From Candidatus Versatilivorator sp. (GTDB lineage Bacteria; Acidobacteriota; Terriglobia; Versatilivoradales; Versatilivoraceae): a stretch of DNA of 64,000 nucleotides. Position 1 is the first letter of the stretch, and each line of letters opens with the position of its first letter. The notes beneath the pieces were generated by a model. That model saw only the letters and a list, made by a program, of their open reading frames with translations. It made no database searches and had not been told where the DNA came from. Where the stretch lies: NCBI GenBank assembly GCA_965207735.1, contig OZ242296.1, positions 3,328,001 to 3,392,000 of the forward strand, read 5' to 3'. Positions 19,873 to 30,995 of the stretch are shown piece by piece. The position numbers were made by a program, and so were the translations under genes.

Positions 19873-20012
19873 TCGGCAGGCTGTTTCGCACCGGCATCGG
19901 GGGTGCCGGAACCGCTCGCGGTTCTCGGGGCAGATCCGTATTAGCGGGTTCCGGACGGCGGCGGCTCCGGCAGCAGCTTCCACCACCACACAGGAACCGA
20001 GGAGGTGCTCTT

Positions 20013-21116
20013 TTGATCGATTGGACCCAAATTGGCGAGTACGCGACTCGCTATACGGGTGTAAGCCTCAAGATTGCCGGCCTGCTTCTGATGGCCTGGA
20101 TCGCCTCTCGCGTGATCCATCGCTATGTGCCCAGGGTGAGGATGCGGTTGGTCAAGGTCATGCAATCCCGCCGGCACGAACCGGACATCGAGCTGGAAAA
20201 ACGGGCGGCCACGCTGGGGGGCATTTTCCGCAAGACGGTGGTGGTGCTGATCTGGGTGGTGGTCTTCATGATGGCCCTGGAGGAAGCCGGCTTCAACGTG
20301 GGGCCGCTGCTGGCCGGCGCCGGCGTGGCTGGGCTGGCCGTAGGCTTCGGTGCCCAGAACCTGGTGCGGGACGTGATCTCGGGGCTCTTCATGCTGCTCG
20401 AGAACCAAGTCCGGGTCAACGACGTGGCCATCATCAACGGCACCGGGGGGTTGGTGGAGCAGATCAACCTGAGGACCACCGTGCTGCGAAGCCTGGACGG
20501 CACCGTCCACATCTTTCCCAACGGCACCATCAACACCCTGTCCAACATGACCCAGGAATATTCCTACTATGTCTTCAACATCGGGGTGGCCTACAAGGAG
20601 GATACCGACCACGTCTCGGCGGTGGTCAAGGAGTTGGCCGACGAAATGATGCAGGAGGAGACCTATCGATCGTTCATTCTGTCCCCACTGGAGGTGATGG
20701 GGGTGGATGAGTTCGCCGATTCCGCCGTCATGATCAAAGCCCGCATCAAGACCGCACCCATCAAGCAGTGGAGGGTCGGCCGGGAGATGAATCGCCGCAT
20801 CAAGAAGAAGTTCGACGAGTTGGGCATCGAGATTCCCTTCCCCCACCGCTCCCTCTACTTCGGCGAGGCCAGCAAGGCCTTCGCCACCCGCTCGGCCGGC
20901 GCCGATTCTCACGAGATCAAGGCCATGATCCGCGAAGTCATGGAGGAAAAGGGCTTGGCCGCCGGAAAGGTGGAGCTTCCAGCTTCGGCAAAGGTGAGTC
21001 CTGCCGCCCCAAAGCCCGCGGCGCGCCCCCAGCCGGCCAAGCCCTCCGCCGATCGGCGCCCCCGCCAGCCGGCCCCCCTGGGAGAAAGCACCGCCGACTC
21101 GGAGAGTTTCGAATGA
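20013..21116 (+). CDS. mscS: Small-conductance mechanosensitive channel (MscS/YbiO-like)
   Basis: GGAGG RBS; LAGAGVAGLAVGFGAQNLVRDVISG, LRTTVLR, IFPNG, GIEIPFP. Confidence 0.92.
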   Translation: MIDWTQIGEYATRYTGVSLKIAGLLLMAWIASRVIHRYVPRVRMRLVKVMQSRRHEPDIELEKRAATLGGIFRKTVVVLIWVVVFMMALEEAGFNVGPLLAGAGVAGLAVGFGAQNLVRDVISGLFMLLENQVRVNDVAIINGTGGLVEQINLRTTVLRSLDGTVHIFPNGTINTLSNMTQEYSYYVFNIGVAYKEDTDHVSAVVKELADEMMQEETYRSFILSPLEVMGVDEFADSAVMIKARIKTAPIKQWRVGREMNRRIKKKFDELGIEIPFPHRSLYFGEASKAFATRSAGADSHEIKAMIREVMEEKGLAAGKVELPASAKVSPAAPKPAARPQPAKPSADRRPRQPAPLGESTADSESFE

Positions 21117-21242
21117 TCGACGGCCAGTCCGCCAGTATTGCTCAATGGAAGGGGACTTGGGGTTGGAGGCGACCGATGACGTACCTGTTCCTGAGTGACC
21201 AGAGCGGTAACGCAGAACCCTCCCCGAGCGGTGGCGAAGACC

Positions 21243-22262
21243 TCAGGGCGACGAATCCGCTTCGCCGCCGGGGCTGCCGCCGCGCAGAGGCGGAGCAAAG
21301 TGTTTCCGGTTATTCAACAACGTCCCCTTTCTCTCTTGGGATTGTGCTGAACATTCCTTTTCGTCTTTTCTTATGCAGCCCCGGTGGAAGATGTTCCCAT
21401 CCTCGTCCACAGCGGCGAATCGCACTTCTTTCTCACTGACCTCGAAGTGCAGGAAGTGATAGGTTACTTTTCCAAACTCGACCTCGGGGTGATTCTTCTT
21501 GATACCCTTTCGTATCTTGCCGGCGCCGCCGGACACGAAGTAGTGAATTCCACCCTTCTGTTTTCTTATCTTTTGATAGAAGTGGTCATGCCCTGAAAGA
21601 ACGATGTCTATACCTCCGTCTATGAAACTTTGCTCCCAGATTTTCCGCAATTTCATGTTTGACCCGTGTCCCCAACGGCCAATCAACCATCCGAGCCGGG
21701 ACTTGGAATAGACAAATGAGTAAATCGGATGGTGGAAGAACACAAAGTTCCAATGGTAGTCCGGCGATTTCGAAAGCCATTTGTCAAGGGACTTCTCCCG
21801 CCTGGACAAATCCTCCTTTTCCTTCCAGGCGCCGGAGTTCAAACAGATGAAGCGTGCCAGTCGCTTTCCACCAATTTGGGGACCCTCATGAAACTCATAC
21901 TCGTCCTGTTTCCCCACGTAGCCGAATGCATCATCCTCAACTTGTGACTGACCCCGGGCCGTCCTCCGATCGTGGTTGCCGAGGGTCGCATGAAATGGGA
22001 CGTTGAGTTTTTCGTAGATGTTTTTGAACTTCTTGTCGAAATCCTTCGGGTCTCCACCCTCGTAAATGTTGTCACCCAACATGAGAATGAACTTCCAGGA
22101 ATGGTTCTGGTGGAAGGCCAGCATCTGACCGGCGATCAGCTTTTGGTGGCTGCCGCCCGTACCGCTGTCGCCAATCACGGCGAATGTAAATGTCTTCTCA
22201 CTGAGGACCGAAGCGGGTGCTCCCAGCAGCAGAGCAAGGAAGAGAATCAGTCGAGCTCGCAT
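21243..22262 (-). CDS. Secreted calcineurin-like metallophosphoesterase (purple acid phosphatase type)
   Basis: GGAGG RBS, signal peptide; GDSG, LGDNIY, LGNHD, HHP, SGHDH motifs; AT-richer than flanks. Confidence 0.9.
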   Translation of the reverse strand: MRARLILFLALLLGAPASVLSEKTFTFAVIGDSGTGGSHQKLIAGQMLAFHQNHSWKFILMLGDNIYEGGDPKDFDKKFKNIYEKLNVPFHATLGNHDRRTARGQSQVEDDAFGYVGKQDEYEFHEGPQIGGKRLARFICLNSGAWKEKEDLSRREKSLDKWLSKSPDYHWNFVFFHHPIYSFVYSKSRLGWLIGRWGHGSNMKLRKIWEQSFIDGGIDIVLSGHDHFYQKIRKQKGGIHYFVSGGAGKIRKGIKKNHPEVEFGKVTYHFLHFEVSEKEVRFAAVDEDGNIFHRGCIRKDEKECSAQSQERKGTLLNNRKHFAPPLRGGSPGGEADSSP

Positions 22263-22348
22263 ACAAACACCTCCCGGGAGTCTGCGCCGCGGAATCCTGC
22301 CGAGGCCTTCAAGTGGACCATGGCCCCTATAATGGATGAGTAATCCAC

Positions 22349-23551
22349 ATGTCAACCTTACAGAACGTCCTGAAGCAAAAGGTGAGGGAGGGTGAGCTCT
22401 GGGAGCGGCTGGATGAGAAACGCATCCGCTGCTATGCCTGCGGCCACTGTTGCCCCATTCCCGAGGGCCGCCCGGGTGTCTGCCGGGTTCGCTTCAACCG
22501 GGGTGGCAAGTTGATGGTTCCCTGGGGATACACCGGAGGGGTGCAGTGCGACCCCATCGAAAAGAAGCCCTTCTTTCACGCCTACCCCGGGGCGCTGGCC
22601 TACAGCTTCGGCATGCTGGGGTGCGACCTGCACTGCGCCTACTGTCAGAACTGGGTGACCTCTCAGGCCCTGAGGGACCCGGCGGCAGTGGCGCCGGCTC
22701 GCAGAGCCACGCCCCAGACCCTGGCCCGGGCGGCCGTGAGGCAGCGGGCTCGGGTGATCGTGAGCACCTACAACGAGCCGCTGATCACCAGCGAATGGGC
22801 GGTGGCGGTGTTCCGGGAGGCCCGCAGGGAGGGCCTGACCACCGGGTTCGTTTCCAACGGCAACGGAACTCCGGAGGTGCTGGACTACCTGAGACCGTGG
22901 GTGGACCTCTACAAGGTGGATCTGAAGAGCTTTCGCGACCGCCAGTACCGCAGACTGGGGGGGCGGCTGCAGCCGATCCTGGAGACCGTCGCCAGCCTCT
23001 ACCGACAGGGATTCTGGCTGGAGATCGTGACCCTGCTGATTCCCGGCTTCAACGATTCAGAGGATGAAGTCCGGCAGCTGGCGGCCTTCCTGGCGGGCGT
23101 GTCTCCGGATATTCCCTGGCATGTGACCGCCTTTCACCAGGACTACAAGATGACGGATCCCGACAATACCAGCGCCGAGATGCTGGTGGCGGCGGCCGAG
23201 ATCGGCCGGCAGGAGGGATTGCGTTACGTCTATGCCGGCAACCGCCCCGGCCGGGTGGGGGATCTGGAGAATACTCGCTGCCCCGATTGCCGCACCCTGC
23301 TGATCGAGCGGTTCGGCTACCTGATCCTGGGGTACCACCTGACGCCGCAGGGGGAATGTCCAAGCTGCGGTCTGGCCATTCCCGGGCGTTGGGCTCAATC
23401 CTTCCAAGACCAAGTGGCCGCCCACCCCTTTCTCCCCCGACTGGGGATCAACCCGCGCCGTGTCTTGCCAGAATCAAACGAAAAAAGACAAAGAAAAAAG
23501 AGTGATCCACGAAGAGACACGAAGAACGACGAAGGGCCACTAAGGCTCTGA
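22349..23551 (+). CDS. amrS: AmmeMemoRadiSam system radical SAM enzyme
   Basis: CYACGHCC, DPIEKKPFFH, GCDLHCAYCQNW (CxxxCxxC), TYNEP, YVYAGN, CPDC/CPSC. Confidence 0.92.
   Translation: MSTLQNVLKQKVREGELWERLDEKRIRCYACGHCCPIPEGRPGVCRVRFNRGGKLMVPWGYTGGVQCDPIEKKPFFHAYPGALAYSFGMLGCDLHCAYCQNWVTSQALRDPAAVAPARRATPQTLARAAVRQRARVIVSTYNEPLITSEWAVAVFREARREGLTTGFVSNGNGTPEVLDYLRPWVDLYKVDLKSFRDRQYRRLGGRLQPILETVASLYRQGFWLEIVTLLIPGFNDSEDEVRQLAAFLAGVSPDIPWHVTAFHQDYKMTDPDNTSAEMLVAAAEIGRQEGLRYVYAGNRPGRVGDLENTRCPDCRTLLIERFGYLILGYHLTPQGECPSCGLAIPGRWAQSFQDQVAAHPFLPRLGINPRRVLPESNEKRQRKKSDPRRDTKNDEGPLRL
23505..23546 (+). repeat. ccacgaag-type short intergenic repeat
   Basis: atccacgaagagacacgaag...acgaagggccactaag; similar atccacgaagggacacgag at 59212. 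Confidence 0.45.
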
Positions 23552-23684
23552 GGTTAACCGTGACGGGACACCACGCTCGCGAAGGAATGGTCGATTTCTG
23601 ATTGTTTCACTCTCGTATGATCCACACACCAGGGCGGGGGCCGGACTTACCTGAGAATATGCTGCTTTAGCCGGCTTCCTCGAG

Positions 23685-23770
23685 AGCGGCGAAGCCGCGG
23701 CAGCACTTGGCCGTGGGCGTCAGCCCATGGGAAACATCGCCTATGGGTGTCGAGCCGCGTAGGCGGCGAC
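23685..23770 (+). repeat. REP-like palindromic element family R1
   Basis: Three hairpins ending gagccgcgtaggcggcga; reverse-complement homolog at 63195-63280. Confidence 0.65.
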
Positions 23771-24121
23771 TACATCAGAAAACTTGTACATGCTCATTAT
23801 AATAGGCTTACTGTGGTATCGCCTGTTGTAATCCCCTCATTATATCCCTCTAATTGAACAGGAATCCACTGGACTATTCAGGACGTTGGTGGACAGGTCT
23901 TACGATGTTGCAACCGCCGATACTCCGCGTCCGAGACCGTCGAGCGGGGTGGTAGGTGCCCCTGGGTGCGGATCGGAGATATCGGGTTGTGAGCATCCTC
24001 CAGCCGTGCCCCTCTCGGCCTCTGGCCATCTGTGGTCTACTGTTCTTCGAGAGCCTCATCAGTGAGGACGCGCAGCCAGGAGCTGACGTTGAGGTGCCGC
24101 TGGAGGCCGAGGCGCTGGAGG

Positions 24122-24553
24122 CCTTCCCGCAAGTGATCACTGTGGAGGGAGCGACCCTGAAAACGAGGGGCGGAGAGGTGTCCGGAGGCCTGGCCACCTT
24201 TCGACCCGCTCGTGGCGCACCAGCGCCAAAAATAGGGTCGCTCCCTCCACTTCCTCCCCTCCCGTGTGGCGCCACGACCCGGCGTGCGAGGGGGTGGACA
24301 CGCGATGCCGGCGCCTCACGGGGCTATACCCCACAGGATTTGGGCAATCCGTGCCAACCCGCGTCCAGTGCGGGTGTCCGGGCACAGCCTGGACCACGAC
24401 GGCGAGGGCTTCGCCCTCTGAGAGTGGAGCGTTGGGGTTGTTGAAGGGACGCGCCACCTCATGCGCCACCTCCGTGCGCCACCCCCCCTTTGTAAGGTAG
24501 TCACCCATACGACGCCACGTCCTTGACCCCCGAAGGCGGAAATCGTCGATCAT
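24122..24553. other. Structured non-coding element, copy A (inverted relative to copy B)
   Basis: Perfect 17-bp stem 24142-24158/24234-24250 enclosing two hairpins; blocks homologous to 51097-51515. Confidence 0.7.
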
Positions 24554-25077
24554 GTCGCGGCCGTTGGAGGCCGGGTTTTCCTGCTCCCCTAGGACGATCT
24601 TCTCCATGACGACATCGAGGCTGGCGTGGCGTTCGACGGTGTCCTCCTGCACCCTGAATCCGCGAGCTTTGCCGGGCAGGCTGGACTTTCTCACTCCCTG
24701 GCATAGCAGAGCACCCCGAAACGCCTCCTGGACCGATTTCCCTCTCAGGGACCGCAGGTCCCGCCGCCTGTGGGGAATCCGGAATGGTCGGCTCGCTCAG
24801 CGCTGCCGTGGTCCCAGCCTGGTCGTCGAATCGTCCCGGTACGGCCACGAAGAGCCAGGGAAATCTGTTTTTTTCGGGCGGCATAAGGGATATGGCTAGT
24901 CCGGGCGGATGGCCAAAATGGGGGTAAAATCCCTCAAATCGGCCGTCTCGTTGTTAAAGATGGGCTAGCAAGGTTGGAGGGGGAATTCCAGGGAAGTGCC
25001 TGAAAAGTCTCGCAGCCCGCGTTTCGCGAGTCGTGCACGAGAACGACATCCTGAGTCTGGCCTAGCAGCTCGGCGCT

Positions 25078-26985
25078 TCAGTCTGCCGCGATCAGGTCAT
25101 ATTTCTTCAGCTTCCGATACAGGGTTGCGCGACCGAGACCCAGGGCTCGAGCCGCCTTGGTAACGTTGTTGGCCGAGACTTCCATCGCGTGGGTCAGCGC
25201 CTGCCTCTCGACTTCCGCCAGCGTGAGGACTGCCGTCGGCGCCGTGGGATCTCTTCGGATAGCTACAATCGGCGAGAGTTGCGGCGGGAGGTTGTTTACT
25301 TGCAGCACGTCCGACGTCTCCAGCAAAACGCCGCGCTCGATGGCGTTCTCCAGTTCACGAACGTTTCCGGGCCAATCGTACTGCAGCAACAATCGCAAGG
25401 CGGCGGTGGATATGCCGTTGGTGGTTTTACCGATGCGTCCGGTGTGTTTTTTCAGAAAATGTTTCGCCAGCAGGGGAATATCTTCACGACGTTCCCGGAG
25501 AGGCGGAATCACGATGGGGAAGACGGCAACACGATAGAACAGGTCCTCGCGGAAGGCGCCCTCCTTGACCGCAACCTCCAGATTCTTGTTGGAGGCTGCA
25601 ATCAGCCGGACGTCGACGGGGACGGTGGTGGTCCCACCCACCCGCTGGATCTCGCGCTCTTGCAGGACCCGCAACAGCTTGGCTTGCAGAGTCAGGGGCA
25701 TGTCGCCTATCTCGTCGAGAAAGACGGTTCCTCCCTTGGCTCGCTCGAATATGCCGATTCTTTGCTTCGTCGCCCCCGTGAAAGCTCCCAATTCGTGTCC
25801 AAACAGTTCGCTTTCAATGAGCGCCTCGGGAATAGCGGCGCAGTTGATGGCCAGAAACGGCGCCTTTTTTCTCAGGCTGTTGAAGTGAAAAGACTTTGCG
25901 ACCAGTTCCTTGCCGGTTCCGCTCTCGCCGCGAATGAGCACCGTAACATCGCTTTCGGCAGCCTGTTTCACCAGTGCGTACACTCGCTGCATCGGGGTGC
26001 TGGCGCCTACCATGCCGGAAAAGGAGTAGGTCGTCTCCAGTTCGGTGCGCAAGCGGAGCACTTCGGCCTTCATGCGCTCGACTTCGATCTCTTTGGACAC
26101 ATCGCGGTACACGTAAAGATCGCCGATGAGGTCTCCTTGACTATCATGCACCGGGGCGGTGGACCGATAGAACAGCCGCCGCCTGGGCACTCGACCCGAG
26201 GTGGCCGTTTCAATCACCTTCCCCTCCCGCTCGAAGAGGAATCCTCCCTCAACTTCGGGTAGATCAGGTTCTTGGAACCTCTCCTTGAATTTCTTCGCGA
26301 AGCCTTTCGGCGACATCCGCTTCAGTTCGCTTTTCGCCATGTCGATCACTTTCTCGTACCCGCGATTGGCAAACACCAGATTCCCGGTGTTGTCATACAT
26401 GGCCATAGCGTCACCGGTAGCATCCAGCACGGCTTCCAACCTTTGATGACTGATGGTCAGTTGCCGCCGTTTTTCCGCCAACTCCTGTTCGACGTTCCAC
26501 TTCCCGACCAGAGCAAGCGTAATCTGTTGAATTTCTTCGCGCGCGAAAGGCTTTCGGATGTAGAGCACTTTGTGAAGCAATTCCATGTCGTGAATAATCT
26601 CGGGCAGGGACCTGTCCGTATAGGCGGTCATGATGACAACCTCGATGTCACGATCGATCATTCTCACCTGACGGATTGTTTCAATCCCGTCGATACCCGG
26701 AGGCATTCTGATGTCCACAAAGGCGACGGCAATGGGACGGTCGGACTCCCTTCCGTTCTTGATGAGGTCGTAGCCTTCCTCTCCGCTGGTCGCGTGCAGG
26801 AGCTCGAACTCCGGCAGAAATACCTCTTTCCCCCGGGCTGTGAATGCTTCCGCCAGCTCATCCGTGGCCGCCTTCATAAGGCTGGGCTTCAACATTTCCA
26901 CAAAGTCGGCGTGGATTTCTTTCTGGTCATCCACGATCAGCACTCTACGGTTCGGGTGATCTCTGAATTCCATCAACTTCCTCAT
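25078..26985 (-). CDS. Sigma54-dependent activator: REC-PAS-AAA+-Fis HTH
   Basis: LIVDD...DIRMPPG receiver; [30 protein letters not shown]; [18 protein letters not shown]. Confidence 0.95.
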   Translation of the reverse strand: MRKLMEFRDHPNRRVLIVDDQKEIHADFVEMLKPSLMKAATDELAEAFTARGKEVFLPEFELLHATSGEEGYDLIKNGRESDRPIAVAFVDIRMPPGIDGIETIRQVRMIDRDIEVVIMTAYTDRSLPEIIHDMELLHKVLYIRKPFAREEIQQITLALVGKWNVEQELAEKRRQLTISHQRLEAVLDATGDAMAMYDNTGNLVFANRGYEKVIDMAKSELKRMSPKGFAKKFKERFQEPDLPEVEGGFLFEREGKVIETATSGRVPRRRLFYRSTAPVHDSQGDLIGDLYVYRDVSKEIEVERMKAEVLRLRTELETTYSFSGMVGASTPMQRVYALVKQAAESDVTVLIRGESGTGKELVAKSFHFNSLRKKAPFLAINCAAIPEALIESELFGHELGAFTGATKQRIGIFERAKGGTVFLDEIGDMPLTLQAKLLRVLQEREIQRVGGTTTVPVDVRLIAASNKNLEVAVKEGAFREDLFYRVAVFPIVIPPLRERREDIPLLAKHFLKKHTGRIGKTTNGISTAALRLLLQYDWPGNVRELENAIERGVLLETSDVLQVNNLPPQLSPIVAIRRDPTAPTAVLTLAEVERQALTHAMEVSANNVTKAARALGLGRATLYRKLKKYDLIAAD

Positions 26986-27068
26986 GTATGTTGCCTTTGG
27001 TAATGAACGGAAATGCCTGGCTGTAAGGGTTCGCGCCCGGGAAAACCGACTGGGAACAGACTTGGGAC

Positions 27069-30000
27069 TTATGAGGGTTCCCTCTCGTCGACTTCGGGAT
27101 TCAGCGCCACCGAGGCCAGTCTCAGCTTGATGCGCATGGTTGTTCCTTTGCCGAAGCCGGCGCTCAAGGGGAGAATATTCCCGCCGGAACCAATGATAAA
27201 GTTGGCTATCGAGTGAAGACCCAGTCCACTCCCACCCTTCTTGGTGGAATAACCGGCAGTAAAGATAATCCTGGCTCGTTTCTCTTCGATACCGATGCCG
27301 TTGTCGATCACGTCGATATTGAGAAAGTCTTCCTGAACGTAGGCTCGGATCTGAATGCAGGGCTTCGCCTCCAGTCCCCTCGACTGCTCGAGCTCGTCAA
27401 TGGCTTCCATGGAGTTCTTGATCAGATTGACCAGCATCTGGTGAAACTTGCTCTCCTGAGTCCGAATCTCCCGGGGCGCGTTTTCACAATCAATCTCAAT
27501 TTTGACCCCTCTCTTGGCGATCGAATCCTGCAAAAGCTTGACCGCGTCCGCGATTGTCTTCCGCAGGTTGATGTCTTTGCGCACCATGGCCCCGCTGTCG
27601 AGCGACCGTTGGGTTCGGATGATATCGACGATGTGGGCAACCCGGCTTTCCACCCGCTTGACGGTCTGGGTCAACTCTGCACTTTGTGTGGCGAAGTCTT
27701 TGGCCAAGGCCAGAATGAACGGCATCACCTTTCGCCCCTGCGAGTCTGTTTGCAGGTACCGGATCCAATCCTCTCGATGGGCCTCTATGGCTTTCGCAAG
27801 GGCAGATATTCGGTGTACCAGCTCATTCCGGTCCAACTGCTCGCGAATAGTCCCCACTCCTGTGATCACGCTGTTGATCGCATTGCCGATGTTGTGGAGG
27901 ATGGTATCGACGATCTCCAACCTCCCCTGCGCAAATGCTTGCGACAAGGCTTCTTCAGCTTGCATGCGCTCAGTCACGTCGCGGAAGACGATCACGCCGC
28001 CTTTGGTCTGGCCCGAATCGTCCTGCAGGGGTCGCCCGCTGACGCTGATGTACACTCCTTCCGGAACTCTCGAATTGCGGATGAACATCTCCATTTCATC
28101 CGACGCCTCACCCCGGATGGCGCGCACGAGCGGAAGTTCTTCCGTCGGAATGGGCGTTTCTCGGTCGGGGAAGAAAATACCGTACTTCTTCGTCCATTGA
28201 TCGGGCCCGGAGTCCGTTTCACCAAAACCGACAATGAGCTCCGCGCTGGGATTGAAGATAGTGAAGTTCCCGTTTTCATCGGCGACGACCACGCCGTCAC
28301 TGATGCTGTTGAAAATGGTTTCCATGGCATGAGCCTGACCGCGCAGTTCGGCGATGGTCCGTTCCAATTGGGCCTCAGTCTCTTTGGTCTTGGTGATGTC
28401 GCGAAATACGATCACGCCGGCTGTGACCTCATTGGTTTCATCGCTCCGTATCGGGCGACCGATGACGTTCAGATAAACACCGTCCGGCTTGTTCTCATTG
28501 CGCACGAATACTTCGCAATCGTCTGTCGACTTTCCCCGCATGGCGCGCGCGAGGGGATTTTGCTCCAGTGAAAGATAGGTTTTCTCATCGGGATGAAAAA
28601 GACCGTATAACGTGGCCCATTCATTGGGTTTTGCCAACACCGCCCTGGTTCCGCTAATCCGATCGGCACTGGGGTTGCGTAATAGCTGACGGCCACTGAG
28701 ATCACCGACGATGATGCCCTCATCCATGCTGTCGAAAACCGTTTGCATGAGTTGGGTTTGATTCTGCAGGCGTTGGACCGTTCGTCTCAGGTCGGACTCC
28801 GTGACCTTTAGCCTGGTGATATCGCGGAGCACGATGACACCGCCTTCGAACTCGCCTGAATCGTCCTGCAGCGGTCTCGCGCAGACGCTGATGGAAACTC
28901 CCTCCGGCCTTGCCTGATTGCGTATGAATAACTCGACGTCGTCCAATGACTCGCCCTGCATGGCGCGCACGAGCGGAAGCTCACTGGATGGGATGGGGGT
29001 CTTTTTGTCCGGATAAAAGGTTCCGTAAGTCTCAGCCCATTGATCGGATGGGGTATCCGTTGCCCCCATGCCGACAATCTGTTCCGCGCGGGGATTGACG
29101 AAAAGGAATTCCCCATCCTTACCGGTCACAACCACGCCATCGCTGACGCTCTTGAAAACGGTCTCCATGAGTTGGGCCTGTTTTTTCAGTTGTTTGATGG
29201 TTTCATTCAACTGGGCTTCTTGCTTCTTATGCCGGGTAACGTCGCTGAAAACAACGACTCCGGCTTTGACTTTCTTGTTAGTGCCGTCATCGTTCGGTGT
29301 AAATCGCCCCTTCGCGCTGACGTAAGCACCCTCCCTGTTTTTTTCGTTGCGCACAAACAGTTCCATATCGTCTGTGGTTTCACCCCGTAGGGCGCGCGCA
29401 AGCGGAAGTTGATCTGGTGGAAAGCGTGTTTCCTTATCGGGATAAAAGGCGCCATATATCTGGGACCATTCCTCCGGTTTTGACTCCACTGGCCCGATGC
29501 CGACAATGCGCTCCCCACTGGGATTGAAGATTTGAATCTTTCCCTCTGCATCCGAGACGACCACGCCCTCGTCCATATTGTCGAAAACAGTTTCCATGAG
29601 CTGAGTCCGGCTGAGCAGTTCGGAGTTGGTTTGTTCCAACTTGATGTCTTTCTCCTCGATCCGGCTCAAGGCGTCCTGCAATTGTTGCGTTTCGCGCTGG
29701 AGGTCTTCGTTCTTGGCCTCCAAGAGCGTATGGAACCGCTCCCGAGATTTTTCGTAGCTCCACCCGACGACAGCGACAAAGAAACAGCCGACGAGAAACC
29801 TCATAGTGATTCTCATCCCGTACACGTTTCCGATGCCGATTTCCGATGCCGACATCATCCCTGTCAAACCGACGAAGAAGATTCCGACCAATACCATGCC
29901 CTCGCGGCGCCCGAGGAAATAGAATGCCAGCAGTGGAAATACGAGTTGGTAGTAAAGGAGACCGTCACCGGTCACAACCAGGCCCAACAGGCCGGTCGCT

Positions 30001-30227
30001 GATCCCCAACAGCCAAGGCGATAGGCCATTCGATCGTCGTTGCCGAGCCGAAGCGCGAGCAAGGATCCGGCCACTATCAGTGCAGTGACGACGTCGGTCC
30101 ACATCGCCGCCACGTCGTTTCTGATGTACTCGACGATCGAGAAACCGACCAGGATGAGTAACCCCGCGACGGCGACGACATAGTAGGTCTGCTTCCGGTA
30201 GTGGGCACCCAGGTTCTTGAATTCCAT
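27069..30227 (-). CDS. Membrane-bound sensor histidine kinase with four PAS domains
   Basis: ~5 N-terminal TM helices; four repeats of METVF..DGVVV..FNP..PLx[11 protein letters not shown]; ILHNIGN H-box; NLIKNS, DNGIG, GSGLGL. Confidence 0.92.
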   Translation of the reverse strand: MEFKNLGAHYRKQTYYVVAVAGLLILVGFSIVEYIRNDVAAMWTDVVTALIVAGSLLALRLGNDDRMAYRLGCWGSATGLLGLVVTGDGLLYYQLVFPLLAFYFLGRREGMVLVGIFFVGLTGMMSASEIGIGNVYGMRITMRFLVGCFFVAVVGWSYEKSRERFHTLLEAKNEDLQRETQQLQDALSRIEEKDIKLEQTNSELLSRTQLMETVFDNMDEGVVVSDAEGKIQIFNPSGERIVGIGPVESKPEEWSQIYGAFYPDKETRFPPDQLPLARALRGETTDDMELFVRNEKNREGAYVSAKGRFTPNDDGTNKKVKAGVVVFSDVTRHKKQEAQLNETIKQLKKQAQLMETVFKSVSDGVVVTGKDGEFLFVNPRAEQIVGMGATDTPSDQWAETYGTFYPDKKTPIPSSELPLVRAMQGESLDDVELFIRNQARPEGVSISVCARPLQDDSGEFEGGVIVLRDITRLKVTESDLRRTVQRLQNQTQLMQTVFDSMDEGIIVGDLSGRQLLRNPSADRISGTRAVLAKPNEWATLYGLFHPDEKTYLSLEQNPLARAMRGKSTDDCEVFVRNENKPDGVYLNVIGRPIRSDETNEVTAGVIVFRDITKTKETEAQLERTIAELRGQAHAMETIFNSISDGVVVADENGNFTIFNPSAELIVGFGETDSGPDQWTKKYGIFFPDRETPIPTEELPLVRAIRGEASDEMEMFIRNSRVPEGVYISVSGRPLQDDSGQTKGGVIVFRDVTERMQAEEALSQAFAQGRLEIVDTILHNIGNAINSVITGVGTIREQLDRNELVHRISALAKAIEAHREDWIRYLQTDSQGRKVMPFILALAKDFATQSAELTQTVKRVESRVAHIVDIIRTQRSLDSGAMVRKDINLRKTIADAVKLLQDSIAKRGVKIEIDCENAPREIRTQESKFHQMLVNLIKNSMEAIDELEQSRGLEAKPCIQIRAYVQEDFLNIDVIDNGIGIEEKRARIIFTAGYSTKKGGSGLGLHSIANFIIGSGGNILPLSAGFGKGTTMRIKLRLASVALNPEVDEREPS

Positions 30228-30621
30228 GCTTCGCCTCCTCCTCGATCAAATCCATATCGGTTCAAGCCCCAGGGTTGGCGCACCGTGCGCTCCAAGCCGG
30301 TACTTCCAACACCGCGGCCCTGGCCGGGTCCACCGTTGAGTCACCGACTCGATCGCGGAACATCGTCCCTTTCGGTCCTGGACGGTCCCGGCGGAACCGA
30401 CATTTTTCAAGGCCCAATCGGGGAAAATGTCCATTGCCGGTTCAGTGGGTTGGGGGCCCTGGGGCTTGTGGCACGTCCACCGGCGCCATTGACCGGCATC
30501 TCGGTTCTTGCTGGAATCTGGGACTTCGAGGCCGGATGGGTGCGCTTGAGGAGTACTGGACATTGCGGCTGGAAACCCGGGCTGCCATTGAGATCAACCA
30601 CAGTGCCGCAATGGGCCGCGG

Positions 30622-30842
30622 TTAGCCCGCACCTGACCCCAGCTCCACATGGGCGGTCCACCAATCGAAGGTCTGGCCGCGAGTGTCGAGCTCGACCGGA
30701 CGGGTTTCGCCGGCGCTCAGATCGACTCGCCGCCCGTTCCTTCCGGACCGTGCGTCTCGGTCGGTTCAGTCGGACTTCCGGAACACGCGGGAGCCAGGAG
30801 CGCCGCGAGCAGGACGAGACCGACAGCGGATGTTCGTCGCAT
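30622..30842 (-). pseudogene. Frameshifted/internally deleted lipoprotein remnant
   Basis: MRRTSAVGLVLLAALLAPAC lipobox signal, stop after ~41 codons; protein-like VDLSAGETRPVELD...WWTAHVELG continues in another frame. Confidence 0.45.
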
Positions 30843-30995
30843 TGCCAACGACCTCGGTTTCCGCGCGCTCCCCCGGGGGGGTGGCGGCGGCCAGGCTGCC
30901 GGTTCTCACGCACCCTTGGCCACCTTTGAATTATAGTCGGCTGTGCATCATATATACGCATTTATAGTTCGCTATATCATATTTGTTTCATCAAA

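Noticed and set aside
23552-23563. 12-mer ggttaaccgtga also present in reverse at ~51458-51469
   Set aside because: Short and partly palindromic, and it lies inside a hairpin of copy B; not distinguishable from chance.
23550-24120. tRNA/tmRNA integration target at the island edge
   Set aside because: No cloverleaf, T-loop GTTCGA with CCA end, or duplicated att core recognised here or near 51800.
24343-24357. Sigma54-like TGGCACGGATTGC on the minus strand
   Set aside because: GG-to-GC spacing is 2 nt too short for sigma54.
24137-24694. ORF containing MIDDFRL, echoed by ORFs 50893-51165 and 51168-51440
   Set aside because: The frame is broken in the second copy and conservation follows hairpins rather than codons; treated as a non-coding element.
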